A stretch of 64,000 nt of DNA. It comes from Acanthaster planci. Lineage: Eukaryota. Location: positions 2,115,838-2,179,837 of the forward strand of contig NW_019091362.1 in NCBI RefSeq assembly GCF_001949145.1. Direction: 5' to 3'. Made by a program: the position numbers and the translations under genes. Shown here piece after piece: positions 47,716 through 61,500 of the stretch. The notes beneath the pieces are model-generated. The model was not told where the DNA came from. It saw only the letters and a list, made by a program, of their open reading frames with translations, and did not search any database. Each line of letters begins with the position of its first letter. Within the stretch, counting starts at the first letter, position 1.

Positions 47716-50700
47716 TTTCTCTCGAGACTTAAGTGTAAATCGTAAGCAAAGAGCAGAATTCAATCACTTGCCGCTAAGCTGGTTTCTGTCAGGCTTAGTG
47801 ATACCAGAACCCTTGAAGTTATCCTTCCTGCAACAATAACTCACGGCAGCCATGGAAAGGACTAGACTCCTTTTACGCAGTGTCGTCTGATCGAATGGCA
47901 AAACTGCAAGGGGATGAAATATTAAAAACTCGATAAATGTTATCGATCGATAACTTCTAATACATATTCTAACCGGAGACTCCACTTTTTATTTTTTAAA
48001 AAGCAACAGGTGTATAAAATTCTATTGACATTTTGGGGCTCCATGAGTCTAATTTCCTTCACCCTGTGGTATCTCTGACCCCTTTTGTTATTTTGTTCTA
48101 TTGATCGAAAGCATTCTCCGCCAACTAAATGCCAAAGAAAATGTAGAAACTATACAAGTCACTGACACGACAAGGTGTGATTACATTATCTTTCGTATTC
48201 AGGGAAAGACCTGTTAAATATCGATTCGTTGGTTTCGGTTTACAAGTAATAAACGGATGTACTTGTGCGTGACAGGTAATCGAATCGATTACTTACACGT
48301 GTTACCGTGCGCTCGCGCCTTTTTCAGTTCCCAATGGTTATTGAATGGATGGTGCATCAAACCACCGACACTTCTAAGGGTTTTTTCACCTGGTTTTAAG
48401 GAAATGAAACCAGGCCAGCATGCAATAGCACGTCTAGTGTTTCAAGAGATACACCTACCTGCCAAATGAGGTATTAAATCAGTAGCGGATGGGACTGGGG
48501 ACTCACAATGAACAGAGGCTTTTGGGGCGTAGCATTTCACTTGACAAATAATTCAAACTTTCAAGATATTAACAGAGGGGAAACCAAACGGTTTGTCCTT
48601 CCACCATGTAATACGCTAGTCACGTTTTCCTAGGCTAACATTGCCAGTGACATGTGACGGTATTTTCAACGCTTTAGGTGAACATAATGAGTGCCTGGGG
48701 ACATGTGAACTGAGTTATTTCCTTCTATCATCGTAAGTCAATCGCATGCAATATTTTTGTCAAAGACTTGGGGACAATAACAGGAAAAATATTAGTTTTT
48801 CCAGACGCAAAATAAAACTTCCATCAGTTATGTTCATTTTATTTTCCTCTCTCACGTTCATAATTTACCTCCTACGGTAGTGAGGCTCGGCCCGTATTAA
48901 ATAGGAAGGGAGGGGTTCGTTTCAGTGAGAAGAGCGCCCTCTCCGAATCTGCATGGACATCACATTACATGTATACCTTCGAATGTCTTCTTTGAAAATC
49001 AGATCAAAGAATACATTCAATGATATTTTGGCGACAGGATGACGCATGCCTGCTGATACAAAAAGCAAAAAGGTGGAGAAATAAAAATCTTGAGTGTCTC
49101 CAGGACAAAATTAGAAACTGTCAATCGCTCATATTTTCCTCTAAACTGCATTTCGAAATACGGAAAAAACTTTGTCGAGTCTTAAGATCCCAACTATCGC
49201 ATCTGAAATGCGAGATCTTATTAAGTAACAGGAGCTAGGCGCATTTTATGTCTAGGCTCTGACAGCACTTGAATATGTGAAAATTTCAAGACTCGAGGGT
49301 AATATTCGGTCTTGATGAAAACAGCCGTTATTGCCCTCAAGACAAGAAATAACCTGAGCGTTGCGACATGTGAGCAAATTCCGTTGTATAATAAATCGCC
49401 CGAAAGAAGAATCGACAACTTTATACATTTTTAATTTAAAAAACTGTTCAGTGACATCATTCTTCCTTTTTGTTGAAAGTGAGGACCGTTGGCCACATGA
49501 TTGGAAATCTGGGTCCATAGGTACATTAACAAAGATATAAAATCAAGAATCTAGCCACAAAGAAATTGTAACGTTGACTCACGAATGCTAGATTTAAGAC
49601 TACTGTTACTTGTGTCGAAATAAGAGTCGTCGATTTTAAAATTCCCAAACATTTTATTTACATTTCGTAGAGAAAAATCAAGGCGTTCTCTGCCATTATA
49701 ATTACAAGAAAACAGGCGCTAGTCAATATCAAAATGTTCTTCCTCTCATCTTTCTCCGTCTGCGTTCTGTACACATGCATGAAATTCTGCTATAAATTAG
49801 AGGAAATGACTACTCAACACGATGGTCAGTATAGCGATACTTCGTGAATTAGCATCTCGGTTTCTTAATTACAAAGACCGACTCGTGGTGTGAATGGTTT
49901 CCAGGGAAGAGGTCAAGCCACGACAACTTTGTAACCAAGAAGTTATTACATCTGATGATTAAGGAAGACTTGACACAAACGAACACGGGTTCATTTTGTT
50001 TAACTTCATCACGTGGAGGTTATCTGTCATGAAATCCGACCGAGCGTACGGTTCCCTCACGACAAATTATGTTTACTCCGAGACAAGAGGTACTACTTCA
50101 TATGTTACGTCAACCCAGTTTCTATTTCGCTTTGATCCAGACCGACAATGACGTAATGTCACCGAAGTGCACGTGCATTTCTTATGCTTGCGAGTCCAAT
50201 TCTTTTGCCGAGAAACTATGGTCTGTAACCTTTGTCAGAAATCTTTTTCCCCGACTCCTATCGATATCACATCGTATAGATGTACGTCCAAGTGTTCGGG
50301 ACACGTTAACCGACTTTTGTTTTCACTAGTTTTGCTCTGTGTCGTTTATTTCGCCGCTTAACCCAATTAACGAGACAAATTCAAAACACCAGTCAGGTTA
50401 ATATCTGAGGGAAATGGGACCATCACAAACAAGTTGAAAGTCGTTAATAAAAGAAGCTTCGTAGAAAACAGTCAGCTTGCCCGGGCACGATTTCCCAGCT
50501 TCGATTTTCGTCGATACCGGCTACCTACATCGCGGGACTGAAACCCCCCAGAGACCAACCAAGGAAACGCGTTGGCTGCTAAGGCGGCACGGCATGGGCT
50601 AGACTGCACCGCCATGAATTAAACACTTCAACCCCCCGGAGAAAATATCTGCTCTTTCTTGCCTCTTCTCCACGGAATTGTTTGAATGCGGAGATCAAAC

Positions 50701-53700
50701 AGGGGGTTTTTTCTGAAGAAGGCGGAAACCCGGTTCTTACCGCGACGGCTGCCGAAACACGATCAGTCAATGTCCAGGGTCTAAGAACTGAGAGAGATCA
50801 AAGATGACGTGACTCCAGGGAATATGGCCAACACGAAAAGGAGGGGTTAAGAACTACTTATTTATTTTGAAGTTATACAAATCCGTACATCAATTGCGCT
50901 TGGAGTGAATTAAGTAAGAAGTATTATGCAGCAATATAATCATCATAACTTGGTGACTGCAAAACATTTGGTTAAAAATAAAAGTTGAAAATTAAGTTAG
51001 CCTTTGTCAGTTTTTGAAGTGTGTTTTTTAAAGCACTTGATTCAACACTGCATGTTAGTGTTCTTATTTCTTTGTTCACGTGTAGTTCAAAAATCTTGTG
51101 AAAAACACACATTTTTCTGGAACAATGCAAACCCATTTTTGCTGGATATTTATAGTTATTTTCATTGACTGCTCCTCCTGTTTTTCAGACAGGGTGGAAT
51201 GTTGTGTTGGCATGCCGTTTATGAGGAAGTTCAGACGTCTTCACTACCTGGTCTGGTGTGGGCATCTTTCATACTCAAGTCCAAGGAATACTACTCTTTA
51301 ACAACATGCCCACTCGATGCGGGACTTATAGTTTGCAAAATTCAAACTGCCACAAAGGGCTCTGTAGAATCTGCGAGTTTTCATCGAGGACATTGGTGTA
51401 AAGTATCGATGACCTTCGCTTTGCATAATTTTGTTCAAACTCTCATTATTAAATTAAAAATGGAGTTAAGGTATATAATCCATAAACACCAGCTGGATAT
51501 GTCTTCTAAAGTTCAATTTTGATTGGCAAAAATGTTAACTATAACGGTATTCCGACATTTGTTTCTTTAATTCCTAGTTCCCTTTTCACTGGCTAATGAT
51601 AGCATATTGTCTGAAACAATTCACCACACCATGCTTCAGATCTGGGGGAAAATGGCCTCCAACGTTAACTTCAATCTCAAGGGAGCACACTGCGTCTCAC
51701 ACTGAACTCCTTTGATCTCAGCCTTCAAAATGCAGACTGTATGCAGTAAGTAACGCAGAACATCTGTGAACTCGACAAGGGATAAAAGCCTATGGGTCTA
51801 CTTCGTGTATACAATTGAAATAGGAACCTCTTACTCCACGGAATTGTAATGGCAAAGCCCCTGTCCAGGGACTTGCCTTCTAAAATCTTTAAAGCCTTCA
51901 CAATGAAAAAATGGGATGGCCTATCGCGACCTAGAAATATCAGATGTCCTTTTGTTTTCATTCCGAAACCGTATTTTTGATAGCTTCATTAAACCACAAA
52001 CAGGTCATAATGGTTTAAGTTCTCATTATGAATGATTCGCTCCCGCCAAAGCGATTTCAACCATTAGCCAAGAAAGAGGGAAACGTGAAGAGAAAATTAA
52101 ACTAATCTCAGTAAATGACTGTTACTCATCCACCAAATCACGAAAAAATCTTATCTTCAATACGAACTTGAAACAGATATGCACAATATTTTGAAAATTA
52201 ATTTGGTGTAGAAATTTGTAAAAAAAAAAAGAAAGAAATTATGACAAAATCACCTTTGTCTGCACCGTTACCGAATTATTTTGACTAACTCTCATGAGTG
52301 AGATAGGCGTTTACTGCCAAACCACAAGTGTCTCATTGAATACCAGTTTCATCTTTAGATCAATTGTTTTATTTCAGATAGCCTGCATTCCATTACAGCT
52401 TATGGGTCGACTTATCCTTCTTTGGACCCAGTATTCTACTATTTTACGAAGTCAGCTTCTAAGGTAGTGAGCCTTCAGCAATGCATATATGGACTTGCCT
52501 CGTTCTGTAAGTTTATTTTAATACACCGAATAAAAAGGTTTTTTTTTAAGTGAGAAAAAAATGAGAAATGCCGTCACTTTTGAGAGTTAAACAATTGAAG
52601 CATAGAAATATTACGCTTGGGCTCATTCCATGATTGTCAGCAATAACAAAAACAACGTGACTGCCAACCATAAAGGATTAAAATTGCCGCTATTTTATAA
52701 GGCAGAGTAAGTCTGTTTGTTGAATGTTACGGGCGTAAACGGGTGATAATGAAGAAATAAAGTAGTTATCTGGATAAAACAAAGATTTCATACCAAGATA
52801 TTGGCTGATATGTACTCCGTGAACCACAGGTGAAGAGGATGTAAAAATGTCTAACCCGCACGTATAAAACGAGTTTTCAATGCATTATGTATTTCTTTTA
52901 ATTAACAGGTTACTTGAAAAGGAATTAAGTGCCGGTTCATACCTCACATGAAAGCTGACACGAACCGCGAATTTGTGACGTCGGATCAAATATACATACA
53001 TATTCAAAACTTGAACACATTTCAACTCAGGCGAAATTTTTCGTGTCGTCCAATATTCTTCGCTTTTGCATTCGCCTGAGGTTTGAAGCGGCCTCAACGG
53101 CATTAATAAAAAAAAAATCTATTAAACATAGCAAATAGACTTTCTTATCAAGCAACCTAAAATGATCGCATTGCTTGTTCATAATTGAAGCGTGCTTTTA
53201 TATTTTTGTTAATGATAGCAATAGAATAATGAAGCGGCATGAGTTCCAATTTAAACTCGTATTTATCAATGCTATAACAAGGGAGATAAAACAAATCACA
53301 GGAAAGGGGAAATCTTTATCGGTGTACTTAGCACACTATCAAACCAACTCGTTCCCAAATATTATATAATAATATGTTACAAGATTCAGAAGTAAACCGT
53401 TAGAGTTTGCAATGTAAGGGGTAAGACAGTGTTTTTTATGTCAGTTTCATATGTACAGAACTTAAACAGATTCTTCGTTGCACCTGTTTTCGAAAACGTT
53501 AAACACGATAAATTTCTAAGTGATACTTAAAATGCAGCCTCTACTGAAAGTATCCTTCGACAGCGACCCAGTAACAACTGTGTTTTCCAAAAGCGCGAAC
53601 CATGTGTTGGGTCAAGAATTTATCATGGGAGGCGCCATATATACTGATGTGTAAATGATGATGTGTCAATTTATAACCTGTGAGACGGCAGTCCCGTGGA

Positions 53701-55420
53701 ACCGTGCAGAGGCTAATGAGTAACTTCACCTAACTGAGGCGGTAGCTCTTGCTATGCACACCACGAGGTACTTGGTATAGTAGCAACGGCATCTGAGGAT
53801 CGTATCTTCGCTTTAGACCTTCCAAAAAAGCAAGGCCGCACACTCAAGGGGTGTGGATAGGTAGAGTTAATGCCTGATTCGCAAACGGCGGTTACAAGTG
53901 ACATGTATCATGTTTTGATTTTTTTAATTTATCCTCAGATCTATCTTATTCAATGTTATCTGTCAATGGGGGGGTGCCAAACCATTTGGGGTTCCAGACC
54001 CCACTTCTTTTTTAATGTTTAAATTTTAAAATTTAGATATAATAAAGCACAAATCTAAATTATTCATCGCCGTAAATAAAATCAATTTGTAGTAAACCTT
54101 CTTAATTGAGGTCATTGTATTAAAAAAACTTAACCTAACTTTGGATTCCAAATGGCTGACTTAAGAATAAAGTCAGCTGCAGAATGGCCACTTGGGTTTC
54201 AAGGTTCCAATGACTTTTTATGAATTACATTGTTCAACCAATTCCCTAACTTACTTCAACCGACACGTCATGAATATTTACCCTGATGAAAAACATTCAC
54301 TCCTTGAAGCATTTCTTCTGGTAACACGCAGTAACATATTGTTCACGTGACAAGGGTCCTTGAGTATGTCTGCTAGTGCAATGCGCAACATAATGCGCAG
54401 CATAATGAAATTTGAACTTCTGCGTTGAAGCTGAGACATTGTCACACCTCAACTTGTCCTCAAAAAAATCAACTTTCAAAGACAAAGAGGAATCCAATAT
54501 TTGGGCTACAGACAGTGGCGTGACTGGGAAATGTTGGGGCAGGAGGGGGACAGGGGCGCATATTTTAAAGGGTCACTGAAATCAAGCGAACTTTGGTTTT
54601 CTATTGAGATGGTGTTCATTTCAAGATGTCAAACAGTGGGACACCAAACAGCACGAACATCTACCAGGCCACTGTGACAGAGGCTACAGAGTAATATAGC
54701 GACGCATGTATTTTAAAAGTAATTAAACATCACGTCGCAGTGAACTTTGAAGAGTCAAAAATGACACATTTAGGAGACATTGTCGAGACATTTCAAAATC
54801 ATATTTTCGTTTATATTGCTGTTTTCATCCTAACCCTTTTGCTGTTTTTTAAAATCATCCGACGGTTTCTATGAGTCAAATCACAAGGAGTCTTTCCTCA
54901 AACGCTACCTTTTCGTAAAGCCTCGGCAAAAAATCGAAATCTACAACATGGCTGAAGGTTCCGTTCTAGCAAAATGCCCAAGTGTCTAAAACAGAGTGGC
55001 GACAGGTGTCCGTAATTTGCACGGACTGCTTATTCAAAGCGAGGACCGCCGCATTCACAGTGCGATGGCAAGGCTTTTTTGTGAACTGATATTTTATAAG
55101 CCCACTGACATCTGTCAAGTGTCTCATCAATCAAACTTTCTAATCTCCAGCTGCTGCAGAATAATTAAATCTGAGGTCTAAGTTGAAGATTTTTGTTCCT
55201 TCGAAACGGCTCGCGATTGACTTGGTAGTTTATGTCGAACAACTTTTATCTCGCTTATATAGAAATGCTGTTTTCCAAAAATGTCACTGTATTTCAATTT
55301 CATAAGCAGGTGCTGGAATAGTGACACCAGTGCTGAGTGTGGACCTCTCGTGTTTCAACGTCCATCTTCTTTTTCAAAATTCCGCAATTTCTCCCGAAAA
55401 AAATCTCAACTGATTTCCTT

Positions 55421-55523
55421 TGGCGTCACTGGTACCACACTTCTAATTAGCTTTCTGACAAGCAAGCCTTAGAAGCTCATAATTTACGGCTTCGTCTTGA
55501 ATACAGGGGTACCAGTGACGTCA
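55421..55523. repeat. Short element with 16-bp inverted termini
   Basis: tggcgtcactggtacc ... ggtaccagtgacgtca (15/16). Confidence 0.45.
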
Positions 55524-58500
55524 TGGTTTGCCATGCCAGAATGGCAAGGATTTGCGCACTACTGATCAAGTTACTAAGACGTTTTGGGTAACAGGGCCTC
55601 CAATTTTGTTCCAATGAAATTGATTAAAGAGTTACAGCACCTTGGGCGCATATGACGCAATCGATCATTAGCTGTTTTGCAAGCTGGCGAAGTAATATGA
55701 AAAATTCCCAGAGTAATGGAAATCAATCCCTTTGAATACACAATTCTTGCGTTTCATCCATTAGAAAGGATATGCCGTCCCCACCCAGTTCATACGTTTC
55801 TTCTATTAACAACAAAAAATTGATTTAATTGATTTCACCTCCATTCACTTCAAATGGTAGGGTATTCTGGTATTTTGGTGTGTCGGGCATTTGACGACTC
55901 GAAGTTTTTTTAAAATGAGCTCAAAGTATAACTACATTCAGACTGATTAGGACTGACTTTTGTTTGTCTTCAATCATGAAACGTGGGTAGAAAATATTGC
56001 TTGGCGTCTACACTTATGGCTGCAGGTTCGTACCAGACATGCTGGACAGGTCAACCTGAAATGTTTACCGAAGATTTGAAGCCTAGGCATCAGAGTCATT
56101 GCTTTCATCTTAATTGGGAATGGCAAATACAAATTTAACAAGACTGGCGAATTTCCCGTAAGAGAAATCAAATATTGACAATACTTGACACAGATTGATC
56201 AAGTGTTTGCCCCGGTCTTGTTCAAGGAAGAGTGGTTTAGTTGACAGCTATCCCGTTGTATTAATTCGTGGGCATGCTTGAATGATACTGTTTGTTTAAG
56301 TCCGATCATCCCGTTTACAAAGTCAGATTTCGATCAGAGATACAGCATTTTGATAGATCGTGCTCGCAATTATGCCTCAAGTCTGCTGATGAAACAGTAC
56401 AAGACTCTTGTAAACGTAGATCATGTGAAGGAATGCGCCTGATGTACGGCAGCATTGTTTTGGAATGAAGATTAAAAGTTGAAGATTTGTGACGAATATA
56501 AAGTTTCCTTCAGTCAGGGGTTGTCGTGTTGAGTTCTTTGGAGATGTTGAATTTCGTTTTGCTGGTATTCAAAGAACTTTGTCACGCATTGAAGAGCGGG
56601 CAAATGTTCAAGATCGGCACGATCTTGTTATTTTTATATCTGTTAATAAATACGTGATTGTATTTATTTACAAAAAGTTATTATTTTATTTTTATTCTTA
56701 GTGTGTGGGCTTTTGCTTTATCACCTGCGATGTAAGAAATCAATGCAGAAGTTGGAAAGTTCAACCAATTGTTGGCGCTTACTATGATCTAAAAGTGAAT
56801 TATTTTGTAATTTTCTGGTTCCATGTTTCCGTAAGTGATAGAAACGAATCTAAGATAAAACTTATATGTTACCTTCAGCGATAAATTATCACTTGTCATT
56901 TCAAAAAATAGTTCTTAAGACCGAAAGGACAGAGAACGTTGTCTGTTACAACCATTTCAGAGTGACAATTTCAATCTCAGTATAGTTTATTGCTAAGGTG
57001 TGCACATATAGAGATCGCAACATGGGCTATAAATATACCCCAACACAAACGCCAAAACTAAATAACCTCAGCCTCAGAGAGGCCACCAATAATTTCAGAG
57101 GTCCTCCCCTAAAGAAATCCCCCCCCCAATTTTGGTTCTGGATGCACCCTCGATTGGGTAATTTTATTCCTCCATGGTTGAAATTTGCTAACCGTTTTTA
57201 ACCAATAAATATTATTGCCCGGATAATGTGTTACAAACTGACTGATAGAGAAGACGGATTGGTCTTGTCAACATTCAGCAGAGGTTTCGCCAGGGGCTCT
57301 ATCACTCAGTGTGTTTGGTTTATCCGAGGGTAAATTGGATCCAGAGTGGAGTCAGGGTATACGTACCCCAGGTTTGGTGGGTTGATCAGCATCATGGTTT
57401 TGTGTGGGCCAAAAGGTGTTGTGCGAGTCTTTCTACGAAGTATTTTAGCAATAAAGGACTGGTATCAGGTCTTCTCTGGATTTTGATCATGAATACAAAT
57501 GACCACATTCCACCTGCAGCAAATCCAACATTCAAGCAAATATTAGAAGATCTAGTTTTATTTTTTTATTTTTTTATTTATTTATTTTATTATATTTTAT
57601 TTTTTGGTGGTTACTCTTTGGCTGTTTTGAATTTTTTGTTACTTTGAAATTTGAGGGAAAACTGTCTCATCTCGTTCCTTGCTTGATAAATGTTTAGAAT
57701 TGTTCATTAATCACATGCAACGCTGTAGTTGGCACTGAGGAATATATCATCACTATCAATAGACTTACAACCCATTGAGTTTTTATAAATCGAACAGTTC
57801 AATTTAAAAAAGAACTCAAACAAATTTAGGTATCTATCTGTTTTATTTTACTGTACGCAAAAAAACAACAATTTAACATTGTTTGCCTAGCGGTGTGGCA
57901 CTGAATAAATCGCGAATAAGGTTAATAACTTTGCTTGCAGGACCAAGTGACAACTTGTGCCTGTATGTACATATATGTCCATCGGTACTTTTCTGAGTGG
58001 TTAAATATTAGTAAGTGGTTAATGTTAACGCTGACCAAATAACTCACCAGCGGCAATTTATTAATTGTGGTGAACAGTAAGCGTGGCTACACAGAGAAGA
58101 ACCTGCACGGAATTGAAAGTGGCATTTTGGTAACGCCATGCCATTACATACAGCTGCAGCTTCTGCCCACTGATTTATAAACATGACGAAAAAGGCTAAA
58201 ATGGACAATATATGTACTTCAAATCGTGCTTTCCGCCACTCGAGAAATTGAAAAACTGAGATATGGCTGGTTGCCAAAAACGGACGGTTTGAGGCAATAG
58301 TATTACACAAGAAAGCAACTGCAAGAGAACTTTATGAATGTTAAGCATTAAAAGTAAGTTTCTAGAAACATAACTAAGGTAATTCGCATGTTTTACGATT
58401 CTTAATCCCAAAGGTACACCGAAGGAAGAGTTATGAGTAAAAGGATGAATGACTTACAGAAGGTTTCTGTCGGCAAGTCCGCACACGGCATAAGCCCGTC

Positions 58501-61500
58501 TTCACGCCTGAACAGCACCGGCAGAAGCTATGAGTACACAAGGGTCGAGCCTGGCCTGGCCACGGCAGTTGGGGGAGCATTGTCACAATGGCATCACCCG
58601 TCACCGACCATGTGATGCTCCAATCACAGCCCGGTATTCTGAGTAGGTGCGCAATGACACGGGAGGGGGAGGGCTGAGCGGCAACTTGAAGGGCGAGTCG
58701 TTTTCCACCCTCGATCCCAAGGTGCCGAGTGTAATAGGCCAAAGTGCCGCGCCGTGCCGGTAACCACGAAACGCCCGTCTGGTGGATGACTTGGAATAAC
58801 TGGACCAATAGTCAGTCGGCTTAGGCCTACAGCCACGTAGCAGCACAGCTGGCAACGACATCAAAGGGCAAATAAGGGTATGCCAAAGAAATCATTGTTG
58901 AATGGGAAGTAGCCGCATCCACCGAAGAATGCAAGCAAGAAGAATATTTTAAATTTCTCTTTCAATATTATCTGTTCGCCGTTGAGGTATGAAGTTTTAC
59001 AAACTAGATTTATAAACTGCTTATATTAAAGCTCAAACAATTATTGAGAAGATGATGAGATCAGCTCATAGCAGCGGAACATCTTGAAAACAAATAGCAA
59101 ACCTCTCTATCAAACAAACTTTAAAACGAGATAGAATCGGGCTTCTGGAAAGAAGCTTTCATTACAAGCGTCTTATTAGAACAGATGACACTGTAAAAGA
59201 TTGCCAGCTGTGTCGTTCTGTTTCTTTCTTTCCTCATTTTTTCTCTCGTTTAGTTTATGGTCTGCATGCATTGTACCAGGCTCTTCAATGTTAGACTAGA
59301 AAATAAACAAGAAAATTTAATTCTTTTGACTAGAATTTAACCACTCTCCAAAAAGAACGCTGATTTGCAGAGTTGTGATTGAACACCAATATTGAAGGGG
59401 GTTCGTTCAAAAAGGCCAGCAATAAAGGTGGTTTGAATACAGCAAAGGTAAAAGTAGAGCATAGTGTTGTGTGTACTTTGCACACGGTCTCTTAAAGGTC
59501 TCGTCTTTAGTGTGCTAAAGCCAGTGATGAAGGAGTGATGGTAAATTGAGTGTACCAAAAGACAAGCCACCTCTTACCATTCCTTCATCGTCTCTGTTCC
59601 ACTCCTTCAGATGTGTTTATTTGGGTTATCTGTGTTGAAACGTAAACCATATATGGGCCCCTGTTGAGAGGAAGCTCTACCTGTGCTCTGGAAAAAAGCT
59701 CCGTGCAAAAAAGTGGGTTGAGAACAGAGAGCATTAAAGTCGTGCAATCAGTTACAGACAAGCGTCTGTCCTTCTGAATGAGCGACCCTACTCAATCTAC
59801 GGAAGTGCCGGAGTCAACCAGACCAGTGGTTAGCAGGTGTACGGGAAATTGACAGAGACATAAAGCGGGGAATCGGGACAGTATATGCAAGGGGCGAGCC
59901 TGTGGAGCGATTGCAACATGTGAAGGAAGGGTGATGTGATAGATTGCTGAAGCAATCTTACGCACTATGGGCAACACAACTCAATCTGCAACGTGAATAG
60001 ATGCATGCCTATGGTTGATGATTATCTACGACGTTTTGTGCAGTCTGGAACTGACGATTGCTGTTGGGCCGATAGATAGGCATTTAACCCGTTTTCAACG
60101 ATGTTCGATCATTCCAAGTCAACCAAAGACATTAAAACACCTTGAGCGAATTGTCCACATCGAGCCAACTTGGACAAATAACACGGTCACAAGTATCTCC
60201 ATAATGACACGTTCACACACTACAAAAAATGTGATTTCAAATCGACACTGCTGGTGTCCATTAAACGCCGTTAGTTATTGAGTTTACAACGTTATGGGAT
60301 TTAGTTGGAACTATGTAGGGAGTGATCCTGAGCAGATGCCACGCGACGGTGTAAATTCTCAGTTTCTGAAGTTAAAATGTATCCCTTTCAAGATTTTGAA
60401 AATTTTAAGGTTTGCATATACCTTTAATGTAACTGAATGTCTCTGCGTATGTGAAGACACGTTGCGAGCTGGCGTTTAGTGCTTACCAAAGCGATCCTGT
60501 CCGTCTGGTTTGTTACGAGCACTCTTTCTACTCGGAAAATTGAAACGAAATCGTGCATGGCCTATTACAATTCTTCATTCGCGGTTGCGCGCGAACCGCA
60601 CCATGGGATCGACGAATCCCGCCGAGCCAATTACCACCGTCGTGACGGGGGGCAAGAGGAGGCGGAGTGGATGATCCGACTCGGAAATGCAGAGGGTAAC
60701 CGAGCTGTCATTTTCTATCACGAAAAAGTTGATGGATCGTTTGAAAGACGTCAAATGGTTGAAAGTGCCGTGTCTGAAACACAAGAAGTAAACCATCAAC
60801 CCCTTTAAAGTACAAAATACCTCCCGAGGCCTACTATGCTCCTCTACATCCTTTGCTCATCGAAAAAATGGAAGAGGTATTTTTTTTTCAGTCCAAAAAT
60901 GATAATCAGTTTGGACTAAAAAGATAAACATTGGTGAGAGAGGGACTGAAACTAAACCACTCAGAAATAATAGTCACAGGGTCTTTCGCACAATCTGATT
61001 GAATTTTTGAAGGATGATTTTGCTGCAAGTCACGTCAGCCAAAAGCGTATGGTTTCTCACGTTGTCATTTGTGAACAGCTGACTGAAATCAGGATTTATT
61101 TGCGGATCTGTACTGGGCACCTTTGTGGTGTATGGTTTCACATTATTGTCAGTCTGACCTGTCTTTCCAATGTGTTAAGTGGGCAAAGTGACGCACGTTT
61201 TCTAGCGTTATTCCTGATTTGACACAAATAATAGTAAGTACACAATTATGCGTGACGAAAATATGAAACTGTATCGATAATCGATAGTCAGTGTTAAGGT
61301 TGGGTAACATCACTCATCAGACTTAAAAGTGACGAAATTCAGAGCCCTGAAAACACTAAGTTCAAAATTTGTTTAACATTAGTACTTTTCTTCTCTCCTT
61401 GACCAAAGCATATCAAATTTCCCCTGTAATTTCTCGCAGCTAACCTTAGCCAATACAAGCCAGAACTATCACTAAAGAACTAGATTTAATTCAATTTTCC

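Noticed and set aside
47716..47763. N-terminal extension MNSALC... shown in the ORF track
   Set aside because: It starts at TTG, not ATG; the first ATG is 47715.
60479..60808. 109-aa ORF with somewhat coding-like composition
   Set aside because: No family recognised and no clear exon boundaries; could be a transposon relic and needs a BLASTX search.
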